From: Antechinus flavipes
Lineage: Eukaryota
Assembly (NCBI RefSeq): GCF_016432865.1
Contig: NC_067400.1
Location: forward strand, 299,150,001-299,214,000
DNA length: 64,000 nucleotides
Direction of reading: 5' to 3'
Positions 11,507 through 23,934 of the stretch are shown here, piece after piece. The notes beneath the pieces were generated by a model. It ran no database searches, had not been told where the DNA came from, and saw only the letters and a program-made list of their open reading frames with translations. Position 1 is the stretch's first letter. Each line of letters begins with the position of its first letter. Both the position numbers and the translations under genes were made by a program.

Positions 11507-12979
11507 GACATATTGATAGGAGTTGATAAACTTGGAAGACATGTAATATTTTCCTAATCCAGTTTCCAGTTCTTGTCACTTCCTAGATTATGAAACTTAC
11601 ACTGTGCTTTAGTAATATAAGGAAATGTAATAACAGGTCTATGGATCACATTTTTACTTTTAATTTTTTAAAAATTAATTATACTATTATTATATTTGAA
11701 ATCATCCTAATATCCATTTCCCAAACTTCCAAACCAATATTATTTTGTAAGGTTGTTTAAGATGCTTCCTGTAATTGCTAAATATAATTATGCAAATAAA
11801 ATAGAACTGAAAGGAAACTTATAGAGTTCAAAATCCCATTCTACAGATGATAAAACTGAGATCCAGAGAGTGACTTGCTGATGTCAGATTGTTAGTTAAT
11901 GGTAAAGCCAAACAATAGTTCTGTCAGTCCAGTTCTTTTTCACCATTTCATGCCATCTGTGTTGAAAATAGTAATGTGTAAATTGGCCAAAAATTTATTT
12001 CAAAAAGTGTTTGTGTTTCAGTTAGCATTAAAAATACAAACCATTTGTTTTTGTCATTGGGAAATAAGGTTCCTGTCTATCATGTGTCTCTTTTTAAAAT
12101 TATTTTACTTGCAAAATAGCAATCTCATATAAATAATATTTATGATGATATATATGTAATTACATAGATAGAAGGAACACTGAACAGAGAGGCAATATCA
12201 ACTATCAATGAAGAAGCTGAACCTGGTGCTCCCTAAAATCATGCTCAGCTCCAACATTCTATGATTTAATGGTTTCTGTGTCTCTCCCGATGAGGTTAAA
12301 AATCCAATATTATGCACCAAACAGAAAGAGGTCTGCCTTCTCTGCTAAGAGTTATCTTCACAAAATTGATTTTGTGAAAGTCTCAAAATGGTCTAAAATA
12401 GTTTTAATGAGGCTGTTCTTACTGATAAGTTTTAATTTTTACTTACTAATTTGTATAGAACAGTACAATGAAAAGTAAATGATTTTGATTGATTCCCGAT
12501 TTGTCCCAAAAATAAACAAATAAATAAATAAAGCAACTTCAATTTAATTTAACTGTAATTTTTTAGACTGTATTTACCATTAGGTATTTTTATTTAGGGG
12601 ATAAGTATACAATTTGTGGGTTACTTAGATCCTTTTCTTCTCTCTGGTCATTTTACTGCTTCTTAGAAACTTTCCTGGAGACCTTATGGGAATTTAGAAG
12701 GTGAAATTTGAAATCTGTCTCCATACAATATTTATTAGTCTTCCTAATCTTAGCTGTCTGGTAGAAGAAATTTAAAACTGTTGCTTAAAATAATATTGGT
12801 TTAACTGAGACTTTTGGTTATCCATTCAAGGACAGTATATTAAAGTGAAGTGTTATCTTTGGAAGTTTGGAAATCTGAGTTGAAATCCCAGCTTTTCCAC
12901 TTACAACTATTGTGCCTTTGGACAAGTTCATTCAATTTCTCTTGGTCTTGGTTTATTTACATGTAAAATTAGTTTAGAT

Positions 12980-13184
12980 CTGTGATTCTCAAAATGTGAT
13001 CCACAGAATCCTGGGAGTCTCTGAAATCTTTCAGAGGGTTTATATAATAATTCAAAATTAATTATTATTTCTAAAATGGTAAATGTCTTTAAGTATAATT
13101 CACATAAACAAATACCCTTTGAACAGATCCTTAATAATTTTTAATAGCATAAAAATAATGAAAATAAAAGTTTAAGGACTATGT
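12980..13184 (+). mobile_element. Charlie1-derived hAT MITE inserted into a MIR3-like SINE (~12830-13230)
   Basis: Begins ctgtgattctcaaaatgtg (hAT-like TIR) and carries a Charlie1-type 3' end (cacataaacaaa...ttaataattttta). The 8-bp TSD is gtttagat (12972-12979) / gtctagat (13185-13192). Confidence 0.7.
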
Positions 13185-14674
13185 GTCTAGATGGCTTTTA
13201 AGATCCCTTTTCAGCTCAAAATTTGATTCTATTGAATTTTCTTTATACCTCTTTTTTGTATCATTCAGATTGCTATCCAAGCTTGATTCACCTCTCTCAA
13301 AGTAATCTTAGCACTTAGTAAAAAGTTGGAAATTTTAAAATTTAAACAAAATTTTTATACATTTCTCTGCTCTTACCTATCATGATCTTATAAATCTAAA
13401 TTAGGCTAATTAATTTGCTGCATGTGTACATCTAAAAATCAAATGTCTTTGGACTGGTTTAAAAAGAGACTTAAAGGAATAGAAATATGAATTATGAAGC
13501 ATTATTATTTTGTGTTTTAAGAAGGCTGTCATATTACTTACTTTGACTGAAAAGCAAGTGATTTTTACAGCTTCCATTTTTGGAGCTCAGTGTCTTTGTA
13601 ACTCTTACTTGTTTGATTTGTTTGTTTTTGACCAGTCCATGATTTCCCTCATGAGAGTAATAGTTCCTATTTAGTAGTCCAAAGGTTTCATACTAAAACT
13701 ACTTTAATAGTGCTTTTACCAGTAAATAATTACAGAATCTTATGAGAAGTATAACAGATTACTCAAGGGGTTCACAACCATTTTTGTTGTTGAAAGGCAA
13801 TTGAGGAAAAAAAATTGTTGGGAACCACAGGTCTAAGAATTCCCTGTGAGGCCATTTCCCCTACTGTTTTGTATTATGATTTTAAAGAGTTGTCTGGAAC
13901 ATTGGGAAGTTGTGACCTGCCCCAATTAACTGTTTCAAGTTTGTCTGGGAGTCTAGAATTCAGCACAAATGTTCTTGAAGCAGGGACAGACTCTCCACAC
14001 TGTGCAGTATTCCCCTCCTTGTTTCTCTTAGTTATAATTACATTTCTTTACTAAAATAAAAAGTGAGGCACAGCCTTGCTTCTTATTGTAGCACCTTACC
14101 TAATCTTTTTTTTACCCTAGATTCTTTCATTTTAATTCAATAAAAATTACAAGTGCCGGGGTTTTCATTTCTACTTCTAAAAAGAATCAGTAGCACCCAA
14201 GCCATTCAATCTTTGTCGTCCATTTTGAATGGATGGTTTTTAATGCCTCCCAGGATGAGTTAGATTAGTTTCATTGATTTATTTTTCATGTTCCATCAAA
14301 TACCTGACTGCTGTTTCAACTCTTATGAGACTAACCTAAGGGAGAAAGATTTCAGATTTGATCATAATTTTAGTGTGAGTTTGAATCTTTCTTTGCAATG
14401 TGAATTCACAGTTCTTTAGTACTCTGGAGGCCGAGGGGTTCTTAGATACCCTTTACTTCCCCCACTGCTGGATAAAGTTTGGAAAGCAAGATATTCTTGC
14501 TATATTTTTAATGTTGATTAATGATTTAGGTTTTTGTTTTATTTTTTCTTTGTCTCTTGAAAATTACATGTTATAATTGTGGACTCATTTTATTAAAGCT
14601 AATATCTCTGGACTTGTTCCTTAATACTGGATAGCTTTCTATAATTTCTTAAAGACAAAAAGGAAAAAAAAGTA

Positions 14675-14945
14675 TATGGCAGCTAAGTGATACAGTGGTT
14701 AAGTTGTTGGACCTGGAGGAAGATGAGTTCAAAACGGACCACAAATTCTTACTAGCTGATTGATCTAGAGCAAGTCATGTAATTCTCTATTTCCTTCAGT
14801 TTTCTCATCCTTAAAATGGGGATAATAGTAATAGCTACTTTCTAAGTTTGCTGTGAGAATCAAATGAAATAATAATTGTAAAGTGTCTGTTACATGACAG
14901 CACAATTGCTGGCATGTGGTAAACACTATATAGATGTTAGCTATT
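14675..14945 (+). mobile_element. MIR SINE
   Basis: ggcagctaagtgatacagtgg...gagttcaaa...cagttttctcatccttaaaatggggataata...tgttagctatt. Confidence 0.85.
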
Positions 14946-15329
14946 TTTCTTTAGGTGAGTGCTTTATATATATATATACCTTACTTCCCTCTACGACATG
15001 AGTCATTCATTTACCTCAAAAGGAAAAAAAAAAAATCAGATGTTTTTCCCTCATATCTTCTGTGACCGACAATTATAAAATAATAAAGTTTATTGTTGTA
15101 TTTGTATACAATCTATTTTGGTATCTTGGTATTCCATTTTTAAACATATTTGTCTCTTTGAACAGCTCTTTATTTTACCCCCTCATGATTTTCTTATAAT
15201 TTGCCAAGGAAAGTTTGCTTTCTCTGATTCATCTTGATTCAGATCTGCCTTTGCTTCCTAAAGTGTGTGGTATACAAAATTAGATATTTCAAACACAAAT
15301 ACAAAAAAAAGTGGATTTCACAATTAGGA

Positions 15330-15490
15330 AAGAACCTGGCTCTGAATCTTAGCTATCCTGTTTATGACTTGTGTGATCTTGGATAAGACCTTTCACTTAA
15401 CTGACCCTCATTTTCCTCATCTATAAAATTAGGGAGTTGGTCAGCGTGAGCTCTACAGGACCCTTCTAGCTTTAAGTACTCAAATCTTAT
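15330..15490 (+). mobile_element. MIR3-like SINE
   Basis: tgtgtgatcttggataag...ttttcctcatctataaaatt...ggacccttctagctttaa. Confidence 0.75.
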
Positions 15491-15918
15491 AAATATTCTT
15501 CCTTTTTCTCTATCACTCTTTGTCTTACATCTTCTCCAGTGGATAGGGCCAAGCCAAAATCCATTTTCCTTCAGAAGCACGGAGTTTAGAGTAAGGTCAA
15601 AATTGTAAGTGACATTTTCAGTCTGCCCTTATTTGGTGGTTTCCACTAGACCCAAGTTAACATCTTACCATCTTACCATTCCTTAACATCCTTCCAAAGA
15701 GCCTCTAATCTTTTAATGCAATGGTGTAAAACTTAACTTTTAAAATAGATCCCTGTAGGGCTGCATATTAATAATGTAAGAAAACCTCAGATTATTATCA
15801 TATATCCATTATATTATATTGCATTTCTATTTACTTTGCTGAACCAGTTAATTTTAATCTGGTTGGTTCTGCCCTGGAGAGTTCTGTACAGCAGGTGACC
15901 TCACTTGAACATTTGTGT

Positions 15919-16090
15919 TTTGTTGTCATTATTGTTCAGACTTTTCAGTTTTGTCTGACTTTGTGATCCCATTCCAAGTTTTTGTGGCAAAGATACTAGA
16001 GTAGTTTGCCAATTCTTTCTCCAGCTTACAGGTGAGGAAACTGAGACAAACAGGGTTTAGTGACTTTCCCTGAATCATACAATTAAATAG
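15919..16090 (-). mobile_element. MAR1-type CORE-SINE
   Basis: gtttttgtggcaaagatactagagtagtttgcc...ggtgaggaaactgagacaaacaggg. Confidence 0.8.
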
Positions 16091-16289
16091 GTTTCATATA
16101 GTTTCCCTGATGTTATTGACCCCAGCATTCCAGTCCAACTATATTTTTCATCCTGTGCAATTTTTGACTATGTCTACTCATAAATTTTCAATAGGGAATC
16201 TATCCAGTATACTGGAGACTTCTTCTTGATTATTAGTATTGTTTTTAAATCAGGTAGCCTTTTTAAAGCATATTTTCATGGCTCTGGAA

Positions 16290-16460
16290 CTCTCAATGAA
16301 GAAGCTCATTTGTTCTACAGATATAGAGTTTTGTCATGAACTTAGAGCTTATGACTTACCTGAAGTCATGCAACAGTTTGGATCAGGAATTAAGACTTGA
16401 GCCCAAGGTCTTTTGGACATCGGGACTGGCCCTCTCTTTATTAAGCCATACTGTCTCTCC
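16290..16460 (-). mobile_element. MIR3-like SINE
   Basis: Reverse CORE-like: gacttacctgaagtcatg...gacttgagcccaaggtc. Confidence 0.55.
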
Positions 16461-16614
16461 AAGAGCCCCTATCTTGGGATAAATTAGATTTTACATTAGC
16501 AGAAAGCACACAGAAAGTTTCCCGTCTAGATCAGAGTAGTCTCAGATTCAAGACGTTCTAATTACTGGTATATTATTTCTGTATATTAACTCCATTTCTT
16601 GTTTTTCCTTTATC

Positions 16615-16640
16615 TTTTTTTTTTTTTTTTTTTTTTTTTT
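16615..16640. repeat. T26 homopolymer
   Basis: Read directly. Confidence 0.95.
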
Positions 16641-18519
16641 GATATCCAGTTCCATTTTATCTGTTTCCTGATTGTTTGCCTGGTTTTTGGTCCACTGACA
16701 CTTTGACCTAATCATCTATATATTTTCTGAGTTATAGCTTCCCATTGGGACAGTCTTGATAACTTAACTTCTGGGTACCAGTGGCCAGAACTTATTTTTC
16801 ATTCCCAGCCATCCCTTGCTTTCTCCCAGAGCCTCGCTAACCATTGTCAGAATACAGAAAAATTAATCATGATTAGCAAGGAAGGAAATAAGTATTTTAA
16901 GAGCTTACACAGTGCTTTACAAATATTATCTCATTTAATTTTCTTTTCAAACTGATCTCTGCCCAGAAGTAATCAGGCATCTTTTTTTCAGATTGGGATG
17001 CAATGGTTTCTATAAAAAGTTTTGGGAGAAGAAAAATCTGCTACATATCTTTTTCCAAAACGGGTACCTCTTCTTTTGCCACCTAGGAAATTTTTCCTTA
17101 ATTTGCCTGGAGTTTTTGCCACCCATTTATCTTAATGAGTCCTAGTGTTCCTGTGGGGTTAGGAAGGATTGAAGCTGCTTCTGTCTAGAATATGTTGAAG
17201 AATCAATTGCAATATTCTCCTCCTCCTGATTCCCACCTTGTTTTGCCCTTGATATCAATAGCAGATGCAATTAACATATGAACCAGGAGACCGAGAACGC
17301 TGGGGACAAAGAGATGTGTAGTGGAGGTTATTTAATGTTTTTAGTTGAATAGTGGTTAAAATTCCTTCAGATTTATGTAAAGCCTTGACTTTCCAACATT
17401 AGCCTAATGATTGTTTTTCTCTTGATTTTTATTCCCATCTAAATTGCTCCCCCCCAACCCCCGTCTTTTTTAGCAGCTTTTTGTTATATTGCTGTTCCTT
17501 CCAAAAATTTTTCTTAGAATCTTGAAGTATATAGAGATAATGCTTTAAGATAGCCCAAACATAAAACTATTAAGTTTTATGAGCCCAAATAATTGGCTCA
17601 CTCAGGAAATAAACATCTCATATTATTAAGGGAGCTTTGTATGGCTTGGATCCAAGTCTATAACTTGAAAGGAGCCCTTTTTTCCCCATCCAGTTTCTGG
17701 TGACTTGCTTGACAAGAGTGTTTCAAAGCATTGCCAAAGTATTTGTTTGGGAGCAGGACTTTTACTGTATTTCCTCATTACTCTACATCTAGGCAAGAAG
17801 CCAAGCCTCAAATCATGGAATGATTTCTGCTGAGCATCTTTTCTGTTAGAGTAAATGCAAATTATTTTAGCCTTCTAAGTCTTTTAGGGATGAGATGCTG
17901 TAACTTTCAGATTAAAGACCTTGTGAATTCATAATACTCCTCCCCCAGGGGCAGACTTATAAAATAACTCTTTGGAGAGTTAGAGTAAAAAAATTGAAAA
18001 GGATTTGTGACCCATGTGAGTGTCTGTGGTCATATGTGCATGTGTACCCACATAAACACATACTTCTACTTTTACTCTTATCTTGTTTTGCTCTTAACAT
18101 GTTCTGCCTTTCATTAACTTAAGCTTTTTTCTTCAACTCTGTCTCTGTATTTCTCTCTCTATCCCTACATAATACTTCTAATAGCACCTTCAATTATCTT
18201 CAGATTTTATTTCCCTGAAATATCAAAACACATCATCTTAGTCACCTGATCCACTCTCTGCTCTTTCCATAAAGAATTATCTCGTGGCTAGCACTGAGTT
18301 TTTGATTGCTTCCTTTGGGAAAACTAAGCTATGTTTATCCCCCTATATTAAGTAAAAATATATTTTCAGGTTCCTTGTCTTCACTTCATCTCAATTCTTC
18401 CCTTCCCCTCCCCCCAAAAAAACCCCAGATGGGACTGCAAATATTAATTCTGACTAAATGGAGATCAAATGAAAAATAACATTCTTTAAAAAAAATTTGG
18501 TGGTAGAGTGAGGAGTCTG

Positions 18520-18700
18520 GTCCTGTGATTTAATTGTTTTAGGAAATTCAGGGTAGAAATCTCAGTTTAGGTAATTACAAATCAGGCACTAGTCTTTTTT
18601 TCATAGTTTTAGAAGACTTGCATGGGCTGCTGAGAGTTGTAACTTTTCCATACTTCTAGTAGAGAAGATTTGATCCCAAGTTTCCTGATGTTGTTATTAA
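18520..18700 (-). mobile_element. Marsupial CORE-SINE, WallSI4-like (related copies at ~49285-49520, ~50865-50910 and ~35580-35640)
   Basis: Shared tail cctgtgattt(c/t)attg... and gaaaattccctctaccaatgcag in the 49.3-kb copy; family name from recall. Confidence 0.5.
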
Positions 18701-19614
18701 TAGATAATTAATTCATATTTGCATAGTCACCTAATGAATGTTTGACAAAGATCACTAAATGACTTTGTTAGAGAAACAAACTCATATTCTGCCTTCCACC
18801 TTAGGGAGAAAGTCCTTGCCCCATAAACCATAGTTTTGTTACTATAGCATTATGGATTAAGTTACTCCCTTTTGGAAGAAAATGAAAGTCTGTGAACTAG
18901 TTTCCTCTCACACCTTCTACTAAAAATGCTTTACCTCACTGGGTTCAGCCGAAAGTGAGCGGGTATGAGGATCCTGCACTGGATTCATGAATGTCTATCC
19001 TTCCTTTCTAAGTAGAAAATATTAATAAAACAAGGAGGGATAATTTTATAAAAGTATTTGTCAGTTTGTAAATAGCTTTCTTTGCAACAGCCTAACTCTT
19101 TGACTTTAGTCAAGTCCTTTAACTTCCTCCCTGCCATTTGAAAAAAGAGATTGTACTCTCAGGTCCTTTCCAGCTCTGTGAGCATATATGACCTTGTATA
19201 TAGGTTATATAAGTATAATGACGTGCATTAGGACAAGAAAGGAAAAGGAACTCAACACAGACGGTTTCTTCTAGCTTTATTCTAAGGTAATGGAATCATA
19301 CATGGTAATAGTAGACTCCTTTAATTTAAGGAATATTGCCTCAACCTGCATGAACTTTGGGTAAATTCTGCCCTTTCTCACTAAGCCAAAAGTCCCAAAC
19401 ATTTTCACACAGTGCCCCAAATCCAGCTCTCCTTTTCTGTACCTGAGGGGAAAGTGAATTTCCTGTGTATGGAAGACGTGTACAGATTGCCCACTCCCTG
19501 CCTTTCCTGTCTGACTTTCTCTGTAGCCTAGTCCATAGGCCAGGCTACAAGTAGGTGTCTGAGCTCTCCCCGTTGGTGTTTTAATTTGCATTTCCTATCA
19601 TTGACTTATTTCAG

Positions 19615-19812
19615 CCATACTTTCAGAAGATAAAACCACCACTGAGCCTCTCCGCAAGACTAAAGATGCCCCATCAGTTCCAAGCACTCCAGAGCCAACA
19701 ACAACGCAAGAGCCTTTGGTTGGCAGCCAGAAAAGGAAAGCCAGGAAAACGAAGATCACGCATCTCGTCAGGACCGCAGATGGCCGGGTGTCACCAGCAG
19801 GAGGTACTTTGG
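19615..19812 (+). CDS. BBX: BBX internal coding exon (198 nt, phase 1-1): (A)ILSEDKTTTEPLRKTKDAPSVPSTPEPTTTQEPLVGSQKRKARKTKITHLVRTADGRVSPAGGTL
   Basis: ttatttcag| acceptor and |gtaagg donor; open frame; EPLVGSQKRKARKTKITHLVRTADGRVSPAGGTL is recognisably BBX. Confidence 0.96.
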
Positions 19813-20199
19813 GTAAGGAGATGAGATGGATGAGGAAAAAGGGGCCTGCTGGGGAGCCAGGGAGGGAAGCCTGCCAGATTTCACAGCGTCCTAGAGGGAG
19901 CGGTTCTAGGTTCTAGGTGGGGTTTTAAACATGTCCTGGACTGGGTGTTGGGAGGTAGAAGGGTTTCTATATCAAGGCACTTAAACAGATTTCAGAAAGC
20001 TACTATAAGTAAGGATTTCTATAGAGTTTTTTGGGAATGGATTCTAGTGAAATCTTGAAATTTATTTGTCGTCCTATAGATTACAAAAACAGCTCTTTCT
20101 CAAGACAGAATGTCTGAGGCTCTCTGAGAATTATGGGGCTATTTAATCCTATATGCTTTTCCTTTTGAGAGAAGGGGGGCAGGGGGGAAGGAAGAGTAC

Positions 20200-20318
20200 T
20201 TTTTTTTTTTCTGAGGCAATTAGGGTTAAGTGACTTGCACAGAGTCCAACAACTAGGAAGTGTCTGAGGCTGTATTTGAACTCAGGTCCTCCTGATCTTC
20301 TGCACCACCTAGCTGCCC
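20200..20318 (-). mobile_element. WSINE1-type short SINE, internally deleted (further fragment at ~21402-21465)
   Basis: poly-T then ctgaggcaattagggttaagtgacttgc...tttgaactcaggtcctcctga...ccacctagctgccc. Confidence 0.85.
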
Positions 20319-22101
20319 TTGTTTTTAATTTTTTTAAGATTTTTTAAGATTTTAAGATTTAACATTTGATCTGTCTCATAACTTACCATATATTATTTGC
20401 TTTACTGAAAGCCAGGTTTTCCAGTCCTAGATTTTTCAGCTGCTAGAATCAAACTAGTTCTAGGCATGGCTTTTATTTCTTACATCCAAAACCCTAAAGA
20501 AGTTCCAGTTCATAACTTATCCTCGGATGTTTTTGCTTATCTGACATACTAGACTCGTGGCTAGAACGGTTTCAGAAATTCCAGGTGTAAAAACAAATTG
20601 AGGTTCATTGCGTTATGCTTTGCAGACTTCACGATTCCCAAGTACCTAACATTAGCTATTGTAACTGTAGCTTTGTGGCTTTTCAGCAACTGTAGAATGT
20701 TCCTACAGCTTTTTCAGGAGTCAGATTTTTGTATTTCCTATGTATTACATTTAAATGCACTTTCATTTAAGTAAAATTAAACATTAAGAGAAGCAAAGAG
20801 TTTATTAAATTAATTTTAAACCAACGTTGTCACTTGAAGGACAGCAAAATGAGGAATTTCAATGACTTTTTCTTATATATTATACATGTGTTGGGCTGGT
20901 TTTTCTTTCTTTTAGAACTTTTCACATTGCAGCATATGGCAAGGCGTTGACTTTTTAAAACTGAAAGTCTTTAGATGATGCTTCCATTTTTAATGCAGTA
21001 AGGAATCATGGAATTTTTATGTTCTAATACAAGACACTTTAAGGCCATTACTATTTGCTCCTTAATTTAAAATTGCCTTTAAAACTCTGATAAGAATACC
21101 TCTTCTACCAAGACAACATGGTCAAATGAAGAAATTATTGCTATTTTCCAGTAGAGATATTTGAGTTACATTTCATACAGGTCTATTTTGTCTTATTTTT
21201 ATTATAGCATACTCTTGCCTTCGAATGTATGTCTTTCCCATCAAGTCATTTTTCGGACATGTTCATAAACAATGTAGTTCATGAAACAGACCAGTACATC
21301 AACGATACTGTATGTAATACTTCCTATGAAGCCTGATAATATATGTAATTTTCCATTCTCAGAGTCCCCCAACTCTGCAAAAAAGGGAAGTAACCTCATC
21401 CATTTTTTTTTTTGTTGTTGTTGTTTTTTTGGCTGAGGCACTTGTGACCCAGGGTCACACAGGCTCATCAGCTTTTAATAGATACTTTGAATCTGGTCTC
21501 CTAAACACTGAATAACCAGAAACCCTTTACTTTCAGTCAGAAATGATATAATTAGGCAAAGAAATATCAGGTCCCCAAAAGAAGAAGAAAGAACCTGGGG
21601 TATTTGGTAATACAGTAATCAATTTAATTAATTAAAAGCAATTCAGGGAGGGATACGATCATTCTTAACCACTGCAGACTTAACATTCATATTTCATCAC
21701 AAGCATTTGTATTCTCTGGGTATCTTAAATGCCCCTCTACCGAAGTTTCCTCAAGCTGTATTTTAACTTGGGCTTTTTTCCCTCCTCTAATCCAATCCTG
21801 ACCCATTCTGTGGCCTTGGATCAATCTCTTAAACTCTTTTCAACTTGGCTTCTGATTAAACTCTTTTCAACTCAGCTTTTGAGAATAATGCTGCCCATGG
21901 GAAGGACTGGGCTTAATAAAGGAGCCTTGTTGCTCTGGAAGAAGAGAATCTGTATAAGCCATTATATTCTCGGTATATATCAAGGGGAATTGGGAAGGAA
22001 TGTTACCTTCTTAACCAGTAAGTGCCACAGAATCTTCTTTCTCTTTTGTCTACAAGCTGGTAGGGCTAAATCCTCTTTGATAAATCTTTCTTTTGTTACA
22101 G

Positions 22102-22294
22102 ATGACAAACCCAAGGAACAACTGCAGGGTAGTCTCCCTAAAGCATCAGCTACAGATATCGATTGCAATGAGGAATGCTCCCAAAACATCGAAGCAGAGG
22201 AGATTCGTAGTATCACACCAGACATGCCAGCCGTGTCTGCCTTCTTCAGCCTGGCTGCCCTGGCTGAAGTAGCAGCAATGGAGAATGTACACAG
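22102..22294 (+). CDS. BBX: BBX penultimate coding exon (193 nt, phase 1-2): (D)DKPKEQLQGSLPKASATDIDCNEECSQNIEAEEIRSITPDMPAVSAFFSLAALAEVAAMENVH(R)
   Basis: ttgttacag| acceptor and |gtgagc donor; joins in frame with the exon ending at 19812 (G|AT=Asp); MPAVSAFFSLAALAEVAAMENVHR is a conserved BBX motif. Confidence 0.97.
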
Positions 22295-22559
22295 GTGAGC
22301 TGGTGGGAAGTTGCCTTCTACCCAGTCTTGTAGGCTCTTGCCTTTCTTTGGCAGAACGGATCCAAAGAAGGCAGCCTCCAAATCTAGACAAACCCCATTC
22401 CGGCGGTCAGATGTTCATTTTTTTCATGGCCGAATAGAGCCATGTCATCTCTCAGGATTTTGTTTCATATTTTGCTGAGCCTGTCACCTTGTATTGCTTA
22501 CACAAACGAATTAGTTACATGGAAAAACATGGAAGAGAAAATTGGCCAAGCAAATATAC

Positions 22560-23319
22560 TTTTATTCATATATCATATATAATAGCATTATGTATTAAAT
22601 AATGTATATTGAATAATAGAATACTATGGGATATATTAATATAATCTAAAACATTAGATATAATATACTATTATAATATTATGACATTATATATTCAAAT
22701 AAATATGTAATTAAGGCCTCTGATATCTTCAAAATTCAGAAAAAACTGAAATTAAAATCAGAATAGAGGCTTTCTTTGTCTTTTTTCAACTAGTTGCCTA
22801 TTATGTACTGTTAATATATTATTTTGTTATATTTAATATATAATTATTATGTATTAGCATATTGTGAACTACAAGTACATATTACTATAATATACATTAT
22901 AAATGTCATGTAAATAAATATATATGTGTGTGTGTGTGTGTTAGATGACTGTATATTACCTTAATACCATATCTCATATAATATATTCTGTAATTGCTAT
23001 GTTACATCATGTAGTTCCATATGCCATTTTATTACGTTATTATATATAATAATGTCACATACTAGTATTAGCATATTTTGCTTGGCTAATGTTGTCTTCT
23101 GTTTTCCATGTTACTAATTAGCTTGCATATGCATACAATATATAATGATTTTATACATATTGTGTGTACTATTACATTATTATAATACATACTATGTATG
23201 CATTATACATATTATGTTATAATTATTATATATTATACATAAGTATTTTAATACAAGATATGTATTATAATAATGTATATATAATCTATGTGTATAACAT
23301 TAATTTATAATTTATAATT

Positions 23320-23360
<41 letters not shown>

Positions 23361-23380
23361 TATATATATATATAATTAAT
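22560..23380. repeat. Very AT-rich low-complexity block ending in (TA)n(CA)n(TA)n (~23323-23374)
   Basis: Read directly. Confidence 0.9.
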
Positions 23381-23934
23381 AGGACTACTATTGTTCTACA
23401 AATTCTACAAGTGAACCTCACATTGTAAAATAAACTATAAGGAGAGAGTGTAGTTTGGGAAGAGTGCACGGACCCAACAGTTAGGGAGCCCACATTTTTT
23501 TCACATTGTGCTACTAATTTACCACATGCAGCAGATAACTATTCATCACTTCAGTTTTTTTGTCATTATTGTGAACATCAAATGAAATAAAAGATTCATT
23601 CAGCAATACCCAGCATTTATAAAGCACCTAGTAAATGCTTTGGGCACACAGAGCCCTTTGGAAATTTTAAAGTACTTCTCAAATACAAGGTAATATTTTA
23701 AGTGCATTTAGAGAATTTTCTTTTAAAGAAATTAATAGAGAGTCCTTTACTGAATACACATTTTGGCTATCTTTTCTAAATTGCTTTTTTCTTATTTTTT
23801 TCCTTGAAAAATGAGGTAAGGCCTCTGCTATCTGATGTCTTCAAAATGTAGGACAAACTGAAGTTAAAGCCAGAGCACAGACTTTCTTTTTCTCTTTTCA
23901 ATTAGCATGTTGTAAGATCTATACTTATGTCACA

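Noticed and set aside
16615-16760. T26 tract as the poly(A) tail of a retrocopy
   Set aside because: No AATAAA upstream on the - strand, no TSD and no recognisable parent sequence.
18930-18995. Small GC-rich hairpin-like segment (ctcac...gtgag) resembling a tRNA/snoRNA fragment
   Set aside because: Only a 5-bp stem; no cloverleaf and no C/D or H/ACA boxes.
19803-19812. Alternative in-frame donor GAG|gtactt 9 nt upstream of the main donor
   Set aside because: Much weaker than TGG|gtaagg, and the GTL residues it would remove are present in recalled orthologs.
21980-22391. Antisense ORFs overlapping the penultimate BBX exon
   Set aside because: Shadow ORFs of the coding exon; no independent support.
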